Of a stretch of 40,000 nucleotides of DNA, positions 1-8,597 are shown in pieces. The stretch is from assembly GCF_025210435.1 (NCBI RefSeq), contig NZ_JAOART010000042.1, positions 1-40,000 of the forward strand, in the 5' to 3' direction. Position 1 is the first letter of the stretch; each line of letters starts with the position of its first letter. The translations under genes and the position numbers were made by a program. The notes under the pieces were generated by a model that did not search any database, was not told where the DNA came from, and worked only from the letters and a program-made list of their open reading frames with translations. The stretch is from Anaeromicrobium sp. (GTDB lineage Bacteria > Bacillota > Clostridia > Peptostreptococcales > Thermotaleaceae).

Positions 1-60
1 ATAGGAGTTGTATAGATTTATGATATGCTGCCAATTAATTTTAGTTGATTCCTTTGCCAT
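1..60 (-). CDS. hypothetical protein, first 20 codons only (gene runs off left edge)
   Basis: ATG at 60 on minus strand with AAGGAGG about 8 nt upstream (66-76). Reads MAKESTKINWQHIINLYNSY; too short to assign. Confidence 0.4.
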   Translation of the reverse strand, partial: MAKESTKINWQHIINLYNSY

Positions 61-109
61 AACTAGGACCTCCTTACTTTCTCCTATAATTGTAACAAAG
101 GAATCTTAA

Positions 110-1258
110 TATATATATCCGTCAAATCTTTTACGCTTACAGAATGATATTGCTCCTATAAAAAATGTTAGGATTTTAATACTTCCAAGTGATAAACCTA
201 AAGTTCCTAAAAAGTCTAATGACCAAATAGATTATGTTCCTGACCTTGTATTGGAACAACTATTTGAAAATATAAATAATTTACACAAAGAAGTTGTTCC
301 AATAGTATATACTATGTTTAAAACTGGATTAAGAATTTCAGATGTTTTAGGCTTAAAACAAGATTGTTTAGTTAAGTTGAATAATAAATTTTGGATAGAA
401 ACAAACATAGCAAAGACTTATGTAGAAGGACATAGAATACCTATTGATGATGAACTTGCTAATATATTAGCAATATTAATTGATGACGCTAAAAAATATA
501 GTAATCAAGACAATAATCCAGAGAATTATATATTTGTAAGATACAAAGGTTCTCGAAAAGGTAAACCTTATGGTCAATCATGGATTCAACGCAATCTCAA
601 TCTTTTAGCAATAGACAATAATATAACTGATGAATTAGGAAATAGGTATCATTTTAAAAATCATTCCTTTAGACATACTTATGCTATTAAAATGCTTAAT
701 GGTGGTGCTGATATACTTACAGTTCAAGAATTACTCGCTCACGCATCACCCGAAATGACTATGAGGTATGCTAAATTACTTGATAATACTAAAAGAAAAA
801 CTTTTGACAAAGTAGTAAAACAAGGTATATTTAGTTTTGCTGAAAGTGATAAATTAAAGGAAGAAAATGATGGAGAAATACCATCTGACATTATAGATAT
901 GTTATATACAAATCATAAGTTAAATGCTCTTGATACACCTTATGGTACTTGTATGCAAAGAAAAAATGGTAAGTGTAATTTTGCCAAACACCCACCTTGC
1001 TTAACTTGTAATGGTGGAAATCCTTGTAAGGATTTATGTGTAGGAGCATTTGAGGGAGATGTTAGCAAATACCAGATATTAATTAATTCAACTAAAACTA
1101 TGATAGAAAATGCTAAAATGTATAATAGAACTGAAATGGTAAACGAAAATGAAGAATTACTTAAATTATACGAAGATATTTATTCTAAAATATCACAAGG
1201 AAGTATGATTTATAGTAGATTAGATAAGTTAAAGAAAATAGGTGATACAAATGAGTAA
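110..1258 (+). pseudogene. 5'-truncated tyrosine recombinase (Tn554 TnpB-like), catalytic domain retained
   Basis: Frame is open back to a TAA at 107-109 with sensible sequence (..IKNVRILILPSDKPKVPKKSNDQIDYVPDLVLEQLF..) but no ATG or SD. Catalytic motifs are present: TGLRISDV (Arg), HSFRHTYA (HxxR), MTMRYAKL (Tyr). Cys-rich C-terminal tail. The tracked TTG start at 251 is an artefact. Confidence 0.7.
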
Positions 1259-1631
1259 TTACAACCGCAGTGAACAATTAAATGAGTTACATAGTAGGCG
1301 TAAGGCTATAACTCAAGAAAAGGTAGATAAAGCAATACAACGCTTAATAAAGGCACAAAAGCCAATTAATTTTAATAGTGTTGCTAATGAAAGTGGTGTT
1401 ACGAAATCAACACTTTATAACAATCCAGATATAAAAGAAAGAATTCAAGGACTTAGACTACAACAATCTAAAGTTCCTACCCCATCACAAGTAAAAAGAG
1501 AAATGGATGAAAATAATAAAGATGCAATAATAGCAAGTCTTAAAAGGAAAATTAAGAAATTAGGGGAAGAAAATAAAAAATTAAAAGATCAACTTAAAAT
1601 AAGTTATGCTGATATTTATAAAAAAATATAA
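1251..1631 (+). CDS. TnpC-like small transposon protein (DUF6262-like)
   Basis: ATG at 1251 lies 5 nt after AGGTGA and overlaps the recombinase stop. 126 aa, basic with a coiled C-terminus (MSNYNRSEQLNELHSRRKAITQEKVDKAIQRL..). Size and position match Tn554 tnpC. Confidence 0.55.
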   Translation: MSNYNRSEQLNELHSRRKAITQEKVDKAIQRLIKAQKPINFNSVANESGVTKSTLYNNPDIKERIQGLRLQQSKVPTPSQVKREMDENNKDAIIASLKRKIKKLGEENKKLKDQLKISYADIYKKI

Positions 1632-1752
1632 GTTTATAAATTAGTGATCAACCTTATAATTCAATATGTATAACGATATCTATTAAAGAAACTATTATTA
1701 AGCATATGTAAATTGCAAAGATACTTATATCTATATTTCATGTTAATTTATT

Positions 1753-1799
1753 ATAGGCAATAATCTAATTTAGTTTAGATTATTGCCTATTTATTTAGT
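1753..1799 (+). terminator. rho-independent terminator after tnpC-like gene
   Basis: Perfect 16-bp stem ATAGGCAATAATCTAA (1753-1768) / TTAGATTATTGCCTAT (1775-1790), 6-nt loop, then a T-rich tail TTATTTAGTT. Confidence 0.7.
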
Positions 1800-1900
1800 T
1801 GTAAATATGATTCCACGCTATAACTAAAGATTCATATAATATGAATAATGGGAAGTTTGGTGCGTTCAGACTGCTTATATATCATGATAGATTACTTTAC

Positions 1901-3691
1901 TTATTCAGCTTTACTTTTCCAAAATTTATAGATTGGATATTCTTTGAAGTTCTCTTGTTCCATAGGATCCAAACAATCAAAGTGCAACTCAGCTGCAACT
2001 TGATTATCAAGCAATAAGTAAGCTCCGACAAGCATCTCTTCTCGTGTTGCACTGTTTTCCGTGATTGCAAACAGAGCCTTTATTTCTTCAATATTAAATT
2101 TACGCTCTCTCTTGATAATTTGCAGTAAATTTAACTTTTTAATTTCATAGGTAAGCATTGTGTCATCAGTACTTATCAACCATTCAGCAAATGCTTTCGC
2201 AGTATTAAGTATTTCTTTTCTTCCGCTTTCATCATAAGCATACAATAAATTAAGCAAAACGAAATTAGCCCTTTCGGATATATGCTGATTATCCTTAATG
2301 CACTGATATGAGGGTAACAGCACATCAAACCTCATATTTGATACTTTAAGATAGTCTTCTTTTTTTAAGATTGCATATTGCGAAATTGGTTGCATATTTC
2401 CATTTCCGTCTTCATATTTAACATTGTAATTCGTTCTAAAAAAGTCAAGTATCTGATAGGTACCGGCTTCCTCACAAGGAAAAAAAGATAACATCAATGT
2501 TATATTTGAAATTTGTAGTTTCATCACATTCGGCAAATCCGGATTCAAGCCGCTAACAGGTTCTTTTTCAACAAATGCTTTAATTAAATCATCAAAGTTC
2601 CGTTTTTCCTTTGCAGTCATTTTTGCAAGAATCAAATCTTCTTTAACATTTAAGATATCAAGAACTTGTTGCATTTTCTCATAGTATTCAAGATTCTTTT
2701 TCTGTTGCTCGATATCAAAATTGACAAGTTCATCATAAGTTGGTGCTATAGGAAAAGTAGTATTTTCTACGACAAAGCACTTTGCTTCAAGGACATTCAG
2801 CATAAATCCTAAGTCGTTAATTATTGTTCTTAATGTGTCAGTGGTTTTATAGCTGATTTTACAACTTCTGTGTTCTTCCGATATTTCGAGGGTTAAACTC
2901 TTACCAAACTTAAAAGTATCTTTGCCTTTCGACCTTACCCTAAAATAACTGTTATAAAACAACTTGCCATTTGCGAACACTTGATTCTGAATTTCCTGTG
3001 TGGTGTTTAAATCATACGGCAGCATTTCAATCGGCTGTGGGATTGAACATCCTTTTATATTGGCATATATATACACATCGTTTTCAAAGAGTGCTTTTTG
3101 CGGATCATTTCTGTCATATCCATAACCCGAAACAGTCAGAGATATGCCTTTCAATACCCCTTGTTCCTGTAAATCATCCAGAGACAATAATTCTGCACTT
3201 TTAAAACTCGCTTGCTTTGAACTGTGTTCATAAAAGTTTAAAAATATTGTAGCTTTGTGATTATTATCTGTTGGAAACTCTTTAAGTTCAATAGTCTTAG
3301 TCTGTTGACTTTTTGCTTCTGCTAGAATAACTCTCAATTTTATCGGTAATAAATCCGCATAATAGATTTTATTTATCAAGCCATTATTACCTATGTATAC
3401 AACAAAGAAAATCACTCCACCATCATAAAGGTAATTTTTTAAGTCAGCTACTTCAACTGGAAACGATATCTTATCTCGTGAAAAATCATTACTTTCTTTG
3501 CCTTTTACTTGAACAGCAACACGACCTTTCAACTCCCTCTTTTTCTTGCTTTTGTCATTATATATATATACATTACCGTCCCAAGTAGGTTCTTTGTCAT
3601 TATCTGCAATAAATGGGGTGAGATAATCTGATATAGTAATGCTACTTTTTACCGCATTAACTGCCAATATCTCAATTGCGTTATTATCCAT
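1901..3691 (-). CDS. DUF4365-like (PD-(D/E)xK restriction-endonuclease-fold) N-terminal domain fused to ~480-aa uncharacterised domain
   Basis: Strong SD (AAGGAGG then 7 nt then ATG). The N-terminus AIEILAV..KEPTWDGNVYIY..LKGRVAVQVKGK matches my recollection of the DUF4365 E..D..QxK pattern. No Walker A or other motif is recognisable in the rest. Confidence 0.6.
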   Translation of the reverse strand: MDNNAIEILAVNAVKSSITISDYLTPFIADNDKEPTWDGNVYIYNDKSKKKRELKGRVAVQVKGKESNDFSRDKISFPVEVADLKNYLYDGGVIFFVVYIGNNGLINKIYYADLLPIKLRVILAEAKSQQTKTIELKEFPTDNNHKATIFLNFYEHSSKQASFKSAELLSLDDLQEQGVLKGISLTVSGYGYDRNDPQKALFENDVYIYANIKGCSIPQPIEMLPYDLNTTQEIQNQVFANGKLFYNSYFRVRSKGKDTFKFGKSLTLEISEEHRSCKISYKTTDTLRTIINDLGFMLNVLEAKCFVVENTTFPIAPTYDELVNFDIEQQKKNLEYYEKMQQVLDILNVKEDLILAKMTAKEKRNFDDLIKAFVEKEPVSGLNPDLPNVMKLQISNITLMLSFFPCEEAGTYQILDFFRTNYNVKYEDGNGNMQPISQYAILKKEDYLKVSNMRFDVLLPSYQCIKDNQHISERANFVLLNLLYAYDESGRKEILNTAKAFAEWLISTDDTMLTYEIKKLNLLQIIKRERKFNIEEIKALFAITENSATREEMLVGAYLLLDNQVAAELHFDCLDPMEQENFKEYPIYKFWKSKAE

Positions 3692-3833
3692 CTTATAACC
3701 TCCTTTGATACCTATCTGCTTTTGAGAATTCTACTATCAAAATCTTAATTATAATTGAATACTCCAATGTCCATAAACTTCCTTTTATTAGCCTAAATGG
3801 AAGTATATCCCTCTGCTTTTTATGCCTATACAG

Positions 3834-5012
3834 CTAAGGTTTAGGTGTGTAAGGAATAAAGAAATCAAATGGTATATTGGATGTATCTATTTTTATATCT
3901 TGTTTCTTGCTAGCTTTTGATATGTTTTGTAGGTGGAACTTAACTGCCATCAATAGTTTAATACTTTGTGGGTCTGCAACTGTAAACTGTACCCCATACT
4001 GTCCCATTTCAGACCAACTATCCCATAAAGCCGGACTTATTATCAGATTTTGCGAGTACAGGGGTATAAATACATTTATGTAATACTGAATAAGTCCTAT
4101 CGGAAAGTTCCTTATCTGTTCAAGGTATTCACCATATACATTTAAATCTGATTTTAAAGCACTTACTAGAAAATATGATTTGTTTTCTACAGGAAAGGTC
4201 GTAAAAAAAACAAACCGCATTCTCTTGGTCTTACTATCAATTGATTTTATCTTTTTACCCATTAGATCAAACGGAGGCGCTACTGCCATATAATTTGCAA
4301 ACTGTACTCTGAAGGGTAGTTCTATTGCTACTGTCTCTAATCCTGAATAGTCTTTCTGCGCTAGTGCTGTATCAAAGTAGTCTCGATAATACTGTAAATC
4401 TTCTAGTTTCAGATTAGTATTTCTATACTTTTTAACTGAAGACGGGTCTTTTGTTAACTGGGGAATACCTGCAAACATATGAGATTGAAACTTCTTTGAC
4501 ACTATTTCAGTATACAATTCAAAAGCGAAGGTCTTATAAGCAAAAAGAAAAAGTTGCTCTTCATCCAAAGTATCAAGTGTATACTGAAATTTTTCTATTT
4601 TGGCAAATATTGAATCATCATGTGTTTCACAAAAACAGGTAGCTACGGTGGCATCCTTTATCAATATTTTATCTAATAAATAGAAAGGTTCTCGTTTACC
4701 CTCTTTTATTTCCAGCATTTCAGGATTTTTAGTGAAGTCTTGCATATACACTTTCTTATTGACTTCTAATTTATTTAGGATTCTATTCTCCTGCATAGCA
4801 TGTGCTTTTATTATATCTTTTCCCTTGGCTGTACACCCCTTAACTAAACATGTCCTTATTCGGCTCTTTCTCATAGCTTTCCCCATGTAGTTTAAAAGTT
4901 CACCCTCAGTATGAAACCCTCTAGGCTTTTTCGTTTTACAGCAATTTTTATATAGATAACCACTCCCACATGGGCATGGTTCTTTTCCATTAAAAATAAA
5001 GCTTTTGAACAC
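3834..5012 (-). CDS. SEC-C motif / Cys-His cluster protein of unknown function
   Basis: Probable GTG start at 5012, 7 nt after GAGGTGA; the tracked TTG at 5030 lacks an SD. Has N-terminal CPCGSGYLYKNCC (SEC-C-type metal-binding motif), then CLVKGC..IIKAHAMQEN and CFCETHDDSIF clusters. No NTPase motifs. Confidence 0.6.
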   Translation of the reverse strand: MFKSFIFNGKEPCPCGSGYLYKNCCKTKKPRGFHTEGELLNYMGKAMRKSRIRTCLVKGCTAKGKDIIKAHAMQENRILNKLEVNKKVYMQDFTKNPEMLEIKEGKREPFYLLDKILIKDATVATCFCETHDDSIFAKIEKFQYTLDTLDEEQLFLFAYKTFAFELYTEIVSKKFQSHMFAGIPQLTKDPSSVKKYRNTNLKLEDLQYYRDYFDTALAQKDYSGLETVAIELPFRVQFANYMAVAPPFDLMGKKIKSIDSKTKRMRFVFFTTFPVENKSYFLVSALKSDLNVYGEYLEQIRNFPIGLIQYYINVFIPLYSQNLIISPALWDSWSEMGQYGVQFTVADPQSIKLLMAVKFHLQNISKASKKQDIKIDTSNIPFDFFIPYTPKP

Positions 5013-5440
5013 TGATTTATCACCTCTCAATAATCCAAATTATTTGTTGATATTCTTACCTATTTTGGTACTACATTTGACTTTAAAGCTAGGACTCAAT
5101 TTAATCATTCTCTTTTTTATAGATTTAGATTTCATTTGTAATCCTTTAAACTAATTATTAGCTATTAAAAAGATTAATTCCCACGATACTTTTAAAGATA
5201 AAGATTTTTACTGTATAAAAGCTATTATATTAAACTACCTATTATAGACATTATTAATAGCATTGATTTCAATAATATAGGTAAATTATACCATGAAAGT
5301 TAGTTAAAGGAGTAGTCAAGAGAAGTAGAACTTTTTGAAGTGATTTTAGGCTAGTTGCAACAAACCACAAATTTATTTAGATTAAAAATATGTTTGCGAT
5401 TTGTTTATTTAGAAATAGATTGTATAATCGTAGTTTATAC

Positions 5441-5500
5441 AAAAAAACAATGATAGCAACATATTATATATATACAATATGTTGCTATCATTGTTTTTTA
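5441..5500. terminator. long perfect hairpin, likely bidirectional terminator/insulator
   Basis: 24-bp perfect stem (5442-5465 / 5476-5499, AAAAAACAATGATAGCAACATATT) with a 10-nt AT loop. An A-tract sits on one side and a T-tract on the other. Confidence 0.6.
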
Positions 5501-5560
5501 TGAATTTTTTAAAGTTTAGTCTTGATAAAATATAAATACTACCACCCTTATTATTTATTG

Positions 5561-5771
5561 TGAAAACTTGCCTATAAGGGAAAATATATTGAAAATTTTT
5601 GGAACCCTGGAACGTCACAACATCCTATGCTACTCAAACATGACTCATGAACCTATCTACGAAGATTCACACTTTTGCTTGTGACAAGGACTTGGGTGGA
5701 AAAAATTTTCAATATATTTTCCTGAAATAGGCTCACATAAAGCAAGTTTATACACCAGAAATCTATATTTG
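5561..5771. repeat. composite interspersed repeat: two inverted copies of a ~65-bp family flanking a 95-bp GC-richer core
   Basis: Left arm 5561-5602 (CCTATAAGGGAAAATATATTGAAAATTTTTGG) is the reverse complement of the start of the right arm 5698-5771 (GGAAAAAATTTTCAATATATTTTCCTGAAATAGGCTCACATAAAGCAAGTTTATA..). Related copies lie at 23371-23440 and 30731-30835. Confidence 0.75.
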
Positions 5772-5998
5772 TTTTTTTATAAAATTTTTTCATGATAGGT
5801 TTACTTTTTAGAGGCTGATTACATCTTTATATAATAGAGAATAAAATAAATTCTTAATATATTTAAAGGTGTGAGCATAATGAAAATCATACAACAAAAC
5901 AAATATAAAATAATTTTTTTAAATTCTTTTGTCCAAAAACATAACACTTTCATACCTATATGGTTGAAGACAAAAATTTTTAACCAGGGGGTATTGAG

Positions 5999-6505
5999 AT
6001 GAGCAAAAAATTAAAAATCAAAAAGGAATATATATCATATACTACAAATCTATTAAAAATGTATTTACCACTAAAAAAATCTGTAGATCTAATGATAGAA
6101 GATATAAAATTACTAGAAGATGAGAGGGGAAGTATAAGCGGTATAGACTATAAAAACGATAGGTTATCCAAAACCTATAAAATAAATAGCATAGTAGAAA
6201 ATGAAGCTATACATAGAATAGATAGGATTAATCTATTAAATGAGAAAATAGATTTGGCAAATCACAACATAGAAAAAACAGAAGAGGCATTAAAGGTTTT
6301 AGAAGATAAAGAAAAGGATTTAATAGAGGCTAAATATATGAAAAGCAATACTTTATCCTGGGAAGATGTATCTGACTTAGTAGGTTATAGTGTGGATTAT
6401 TGCAAGGGTAAACTTAGAACTTCAGCTGTAGAAAAAATTGCTTTAGCCTTTTACGGAATAGATTCCTTACAAGAAAAACACTTTTTGTGCAATGAATTAA
6501 ATTGA
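5999..6505 (+). CDS. ArpU/RinA-like late transcriptional regulator (sigma-70 region-4-like HTH)
   Basis: First gene of the tail block. C-terminal LSWEDVSDLVGYSVDYCKGKLRTSAVEKIALAF resembles a sigma region-4/ArpU HTH. 168 aa. Confidence 0.5.
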   Translation: MSKKLKIKKEYISYTTNLLKMYLPLKKSVDLMIEDIKLLEDERGSISGIDYKNDRLSKTYKINSIVENEAIHRIDRINLLNEKIDLANHNIEKTEEALKVLEDKEKDLIEAKYMKSNTLSWEDVSDLVGYSVDYCKGKLRTSAVEKIALAFYGIDSLQEKHFLCNELN

Positions 6506-6573
6506 AATACAGGTTATTATGGTATTGTAGAAAAAATAAAAAAACATATGGCCATGTGAGAAAGGAGTTGAAA

Positions 6574-7011
6574 GTGACTCTAGTAAGAATCAAAGAATGT
6601 ATCACAGAAAAGTTAAAGGATGCATTTCCACAAGTGAATATATATGAAAAGGGAACTAAGCAGGAAATCATAAAGCCTGCTTTTTTTATTGACTTTTTTC
6701 CTATCTTTGCAGAAAAAGAAAATATCTATGACCAAAGGAAATTAATCAATGGAACCATATCCTATGACCCAGATAATGATTCTATGGATGATAGATTAAA
6801 TATGGCAGGTCAGCTTATGGAAACTTTCCATGACATTTTAATTGTGGATACAAGGAATATTTGCCCAACCATAATGAAGGCTCAACTAGATGGTGAAAAA
6901 TTAAATTTTACCTATAAGCTCAAATTTATGGATAGGGTAGATGAAACTAAACTTCATGGATATGAAGAATATGAATTAATGGAAGATTTAAATTTAAAGG
7001 AGGAGTTTTAA
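6574..7011 (+). CDS. tail terminator / XkdJ-position protein
   Basis: In-frame GTG at 6574 with AAGGAG 7 nt upstream; the tracked 6502 start has no SD and overlaps the previous gene. ~145 aa, immediately upstream of the sheath gene as xkdJ is in PBSX. Function is from synteny only. Confidence 0.55.
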   Translation: MTLVRIKECITEKLKDAFPQVNIYEKGTKQEIIKPAFFIDFFPIFAEKENIYDQRKLINGTISYDPDNDSMDDRLNMAGQLMETFHDILIVDTRNICPTIMKAQLDGEKLNFTYKLKFMDRVDETKLHGYEEYELMEDLNLKEEF

Positions 7012-8121
7012 ATGGCAGGTATTAAATTAGGATTACCACAAATTATGATTGAATTCAAAACTAAGGGAGTAAGTGCAGTAGTGAGAAGTGCTAGGGGAAT
7101 TGTAGCACTTATATTAAAGGATGATACGGGGGCCTTTGATACAAAGGTATATAAATCCATATCAGAAGTAGAAGATGGACATTGGACTGAAGATAATAGG
7201 GACTATATCTTAAAAACTTTCATGGGAACACCAAGTAAGGTAATAGTAGAAAGAATCCCAACTACAGATACAAACTACAATAAGGGGTTAGAAAGATTAA
7301 AGAATAAAAAATGGAACTATCTAGCTGTACCAGGAATCAAATCGGCAGATGTGACAACGGTGGCTAGCTGGATTGCAGGAGAAAGACAAAACAATAAAAA
7401 GACTTTCAAAGCCGTATTACCTAATTCACCATCAGATAATGAAGGAATTATAAACTTTACAACAGAGGGAATTAAGGTAGATAGAAAAACTATTAAGGAT
7501 GGAAAGTCTGAAACTGTAGAACATACATATTCTGCTAGTGATTATACTTGTAGAATTGCAGGTATATTGGCAGGTATTCCTTTTACTAGAAGTTCTACAT
7601 ACTATGGCCTATCTGAAGTAAAGGCAATTACAGAATCTGCCACACCAAATGTAGATATAGACAAAGGAAAATTAATACTAGTTAATGATGGAACTAAAAT
7701 TAAGATTGGTAGGGGAGTAAACTCATTAACTAGCCTAACTGCTAGTAAAGGAGCAGAATTCCAAAAGATTAAGATTGTAGATGCAGTAGATTTAATGAGA
7801 GATGACATTAGAGATACCTTTGATGGGTCTTATGTGGGTAAGATTATAAACTCTTATGATAATAAGATCCTATTCTTAGCAGCGGTTAATGCATACTTTG
7901 AGCAATTGGAGAAGGATGATGTATTAGATAATTCCTATGACAATAAAGCTCAGATAGATGTGGAGGCTCAAAGAATATATCTAATGCCAAAGGGTGTAGA
8001 TGTGGACAATATGAAAGAACAAGAGATTAAAGAATACAACACAGGAAGTAAAGTATTTGTAAAAGCACAAGTAAAATTCTTAGATGCCATGGAAGATTTA
8101 GCCATGGAAATTAATATGTAG
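7012..8121 (+). CDS. phage tail sheath protein (XkdK-like)
   Basis: 369 aa. The N-terminus MAGIKLGLPQIMIEFKTKG..ARGIVALILKDD is typical of XkdK-type sheaths. Followed by tube and chaperone genes; strong SD. Confidence 0.85.
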   Translation: MAGIKLGLPQIMIEFKTKGVSAVVRSARGIVALILKDDTGAFDTKVYKSISEVEDGHWTEDNRDYILKTFMGTPSKVIVERIPTTDTNYNKGLERLKNKKWNYLAVPGIKSADVTTVASWIAGERQNNKKTFKAVLPNSPSDNEGIINFTTEGIKVDRKTIKDGKSETVEHTYSASDYTCRIAGILAGIPFTRSSTYYGLSEVKAITESATPNVDIDKGKLILVNDGTKIKIGRGVNSLTSLTASKGAEFQKIKIVDAVDLMRDDIRDTFDGSYVGKIINSYDNKILFLAAVNAYFEQLEKDDVLDNSYDNKAQIDVEAQRIYLMPKGVDVDNMKEQEIKEYNTGSKVFVKAQVKFLDAMEDLAMEINM

Positions 8122-8134
8122 GGGGTAGAAGAAT

Positions 8135-8578
8135 ATGGCAAACAAATTAACAGGAAACAGAATTATAAACGGTACTTGGGGGGAAGTTTGGTTAGATGGA
8201 GACAAACTAAGTGAACTAACTGGATTAAATGCCAAGATAGAGCTTAAAAAAGAAGAAGTAAAAATGTGTGGAGTAATGGCCAAGGAAACTAAGATTGTAG
8301 GCTGGGAAGGAAAGGGAACTTTAAAGCTACATAAGGTAAATTCTAGAATGGCCATTAAAATGGGAGATATGATCAAAAAAGGTAAAGATGTTAGATTTAC
8401 AATCATATCAAAACTAGCTGACCCAGACACTATAGATGCTCAATCAGAAAGAATTGTACTTAAAAATGTAAGTTTTGATAATTTAACACTGGCAGACTTT
8501 GAAATGAAGGCCCTAGGAAAGGTAGAGTGCCCATTTACATTTACTGACTATGACTTTGTGGATTTAATCCAAGGATAA
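8135..8578 (+). CDS. phage tail tube protein (XkdM-like)
   Basis: 147 aa with N-terminus NGTWGEVWLDG typical of XkdM/DUF2001 tube proteins. Lies directly after the sheath gene. Confidence 0.8.
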   Translation: MANKLTGNRIINGTWGEVWLDGDKLSELTGLNAKIELKKEEVKMCGVMAKETKIVGWEGKGTLKLHKVNSRMAIKMGDMIKKGKDVRFTIISKLADPDTIDAQSERIVLKNVSFDNLTLADFEMKALGKVECPFTFTDYDFVDLIQG

Positions 8579-8597
8579 TATAGAGGAGGAATTTGAT

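Larger units (their letters stand above)
110..1799 (+). mobile_element. Tn554-family-like transposon remnant (truncated tnpB-like gene, tnpC-like gene, terminal hairpin)
   Basis: A tyrosine-recombinase catalytic domain is followed by an overlapping ~126-aa gene, as in the Tn554 tnpB-tnpC arrangement. The recombinase N-terminus and any tnpA are missing. Confidence 0.5.

Noticed and set aside
251-1258. Tracked 335-aa ORF read as an intact integrase
   Set aside because: The frame stays open with protein-like sequence back to 110. The tracked start is a TTG with no SD. The N-terminal core-binding region expected for this recombinase class is missing. It is treated as a 5'-truncated pseudogene.
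2971-4642. Plus-strand ORFs 2971-3204, 3877-4083 and 4451-4642
   Set aside because: They are antisense to the two long minus-strand genes, short, and lack SDs.
5409-5618. 69-aa minus-strand ORF in the AT-rich spacer
   Set aside because: It spans the 24-bp hairpin and a repeat arm, has low-complexity composition and has no SD.
6502-6573. ATG 6502 as the start of the gene upstream of the sheath
   Set aside because: It has no SD and overlaps the regulator's stop. The first 24 codons are Lys/Arg/Tyr-rich junk-like sequence. In-frame GTG 6574 has AAGGAG at ideal spacing.
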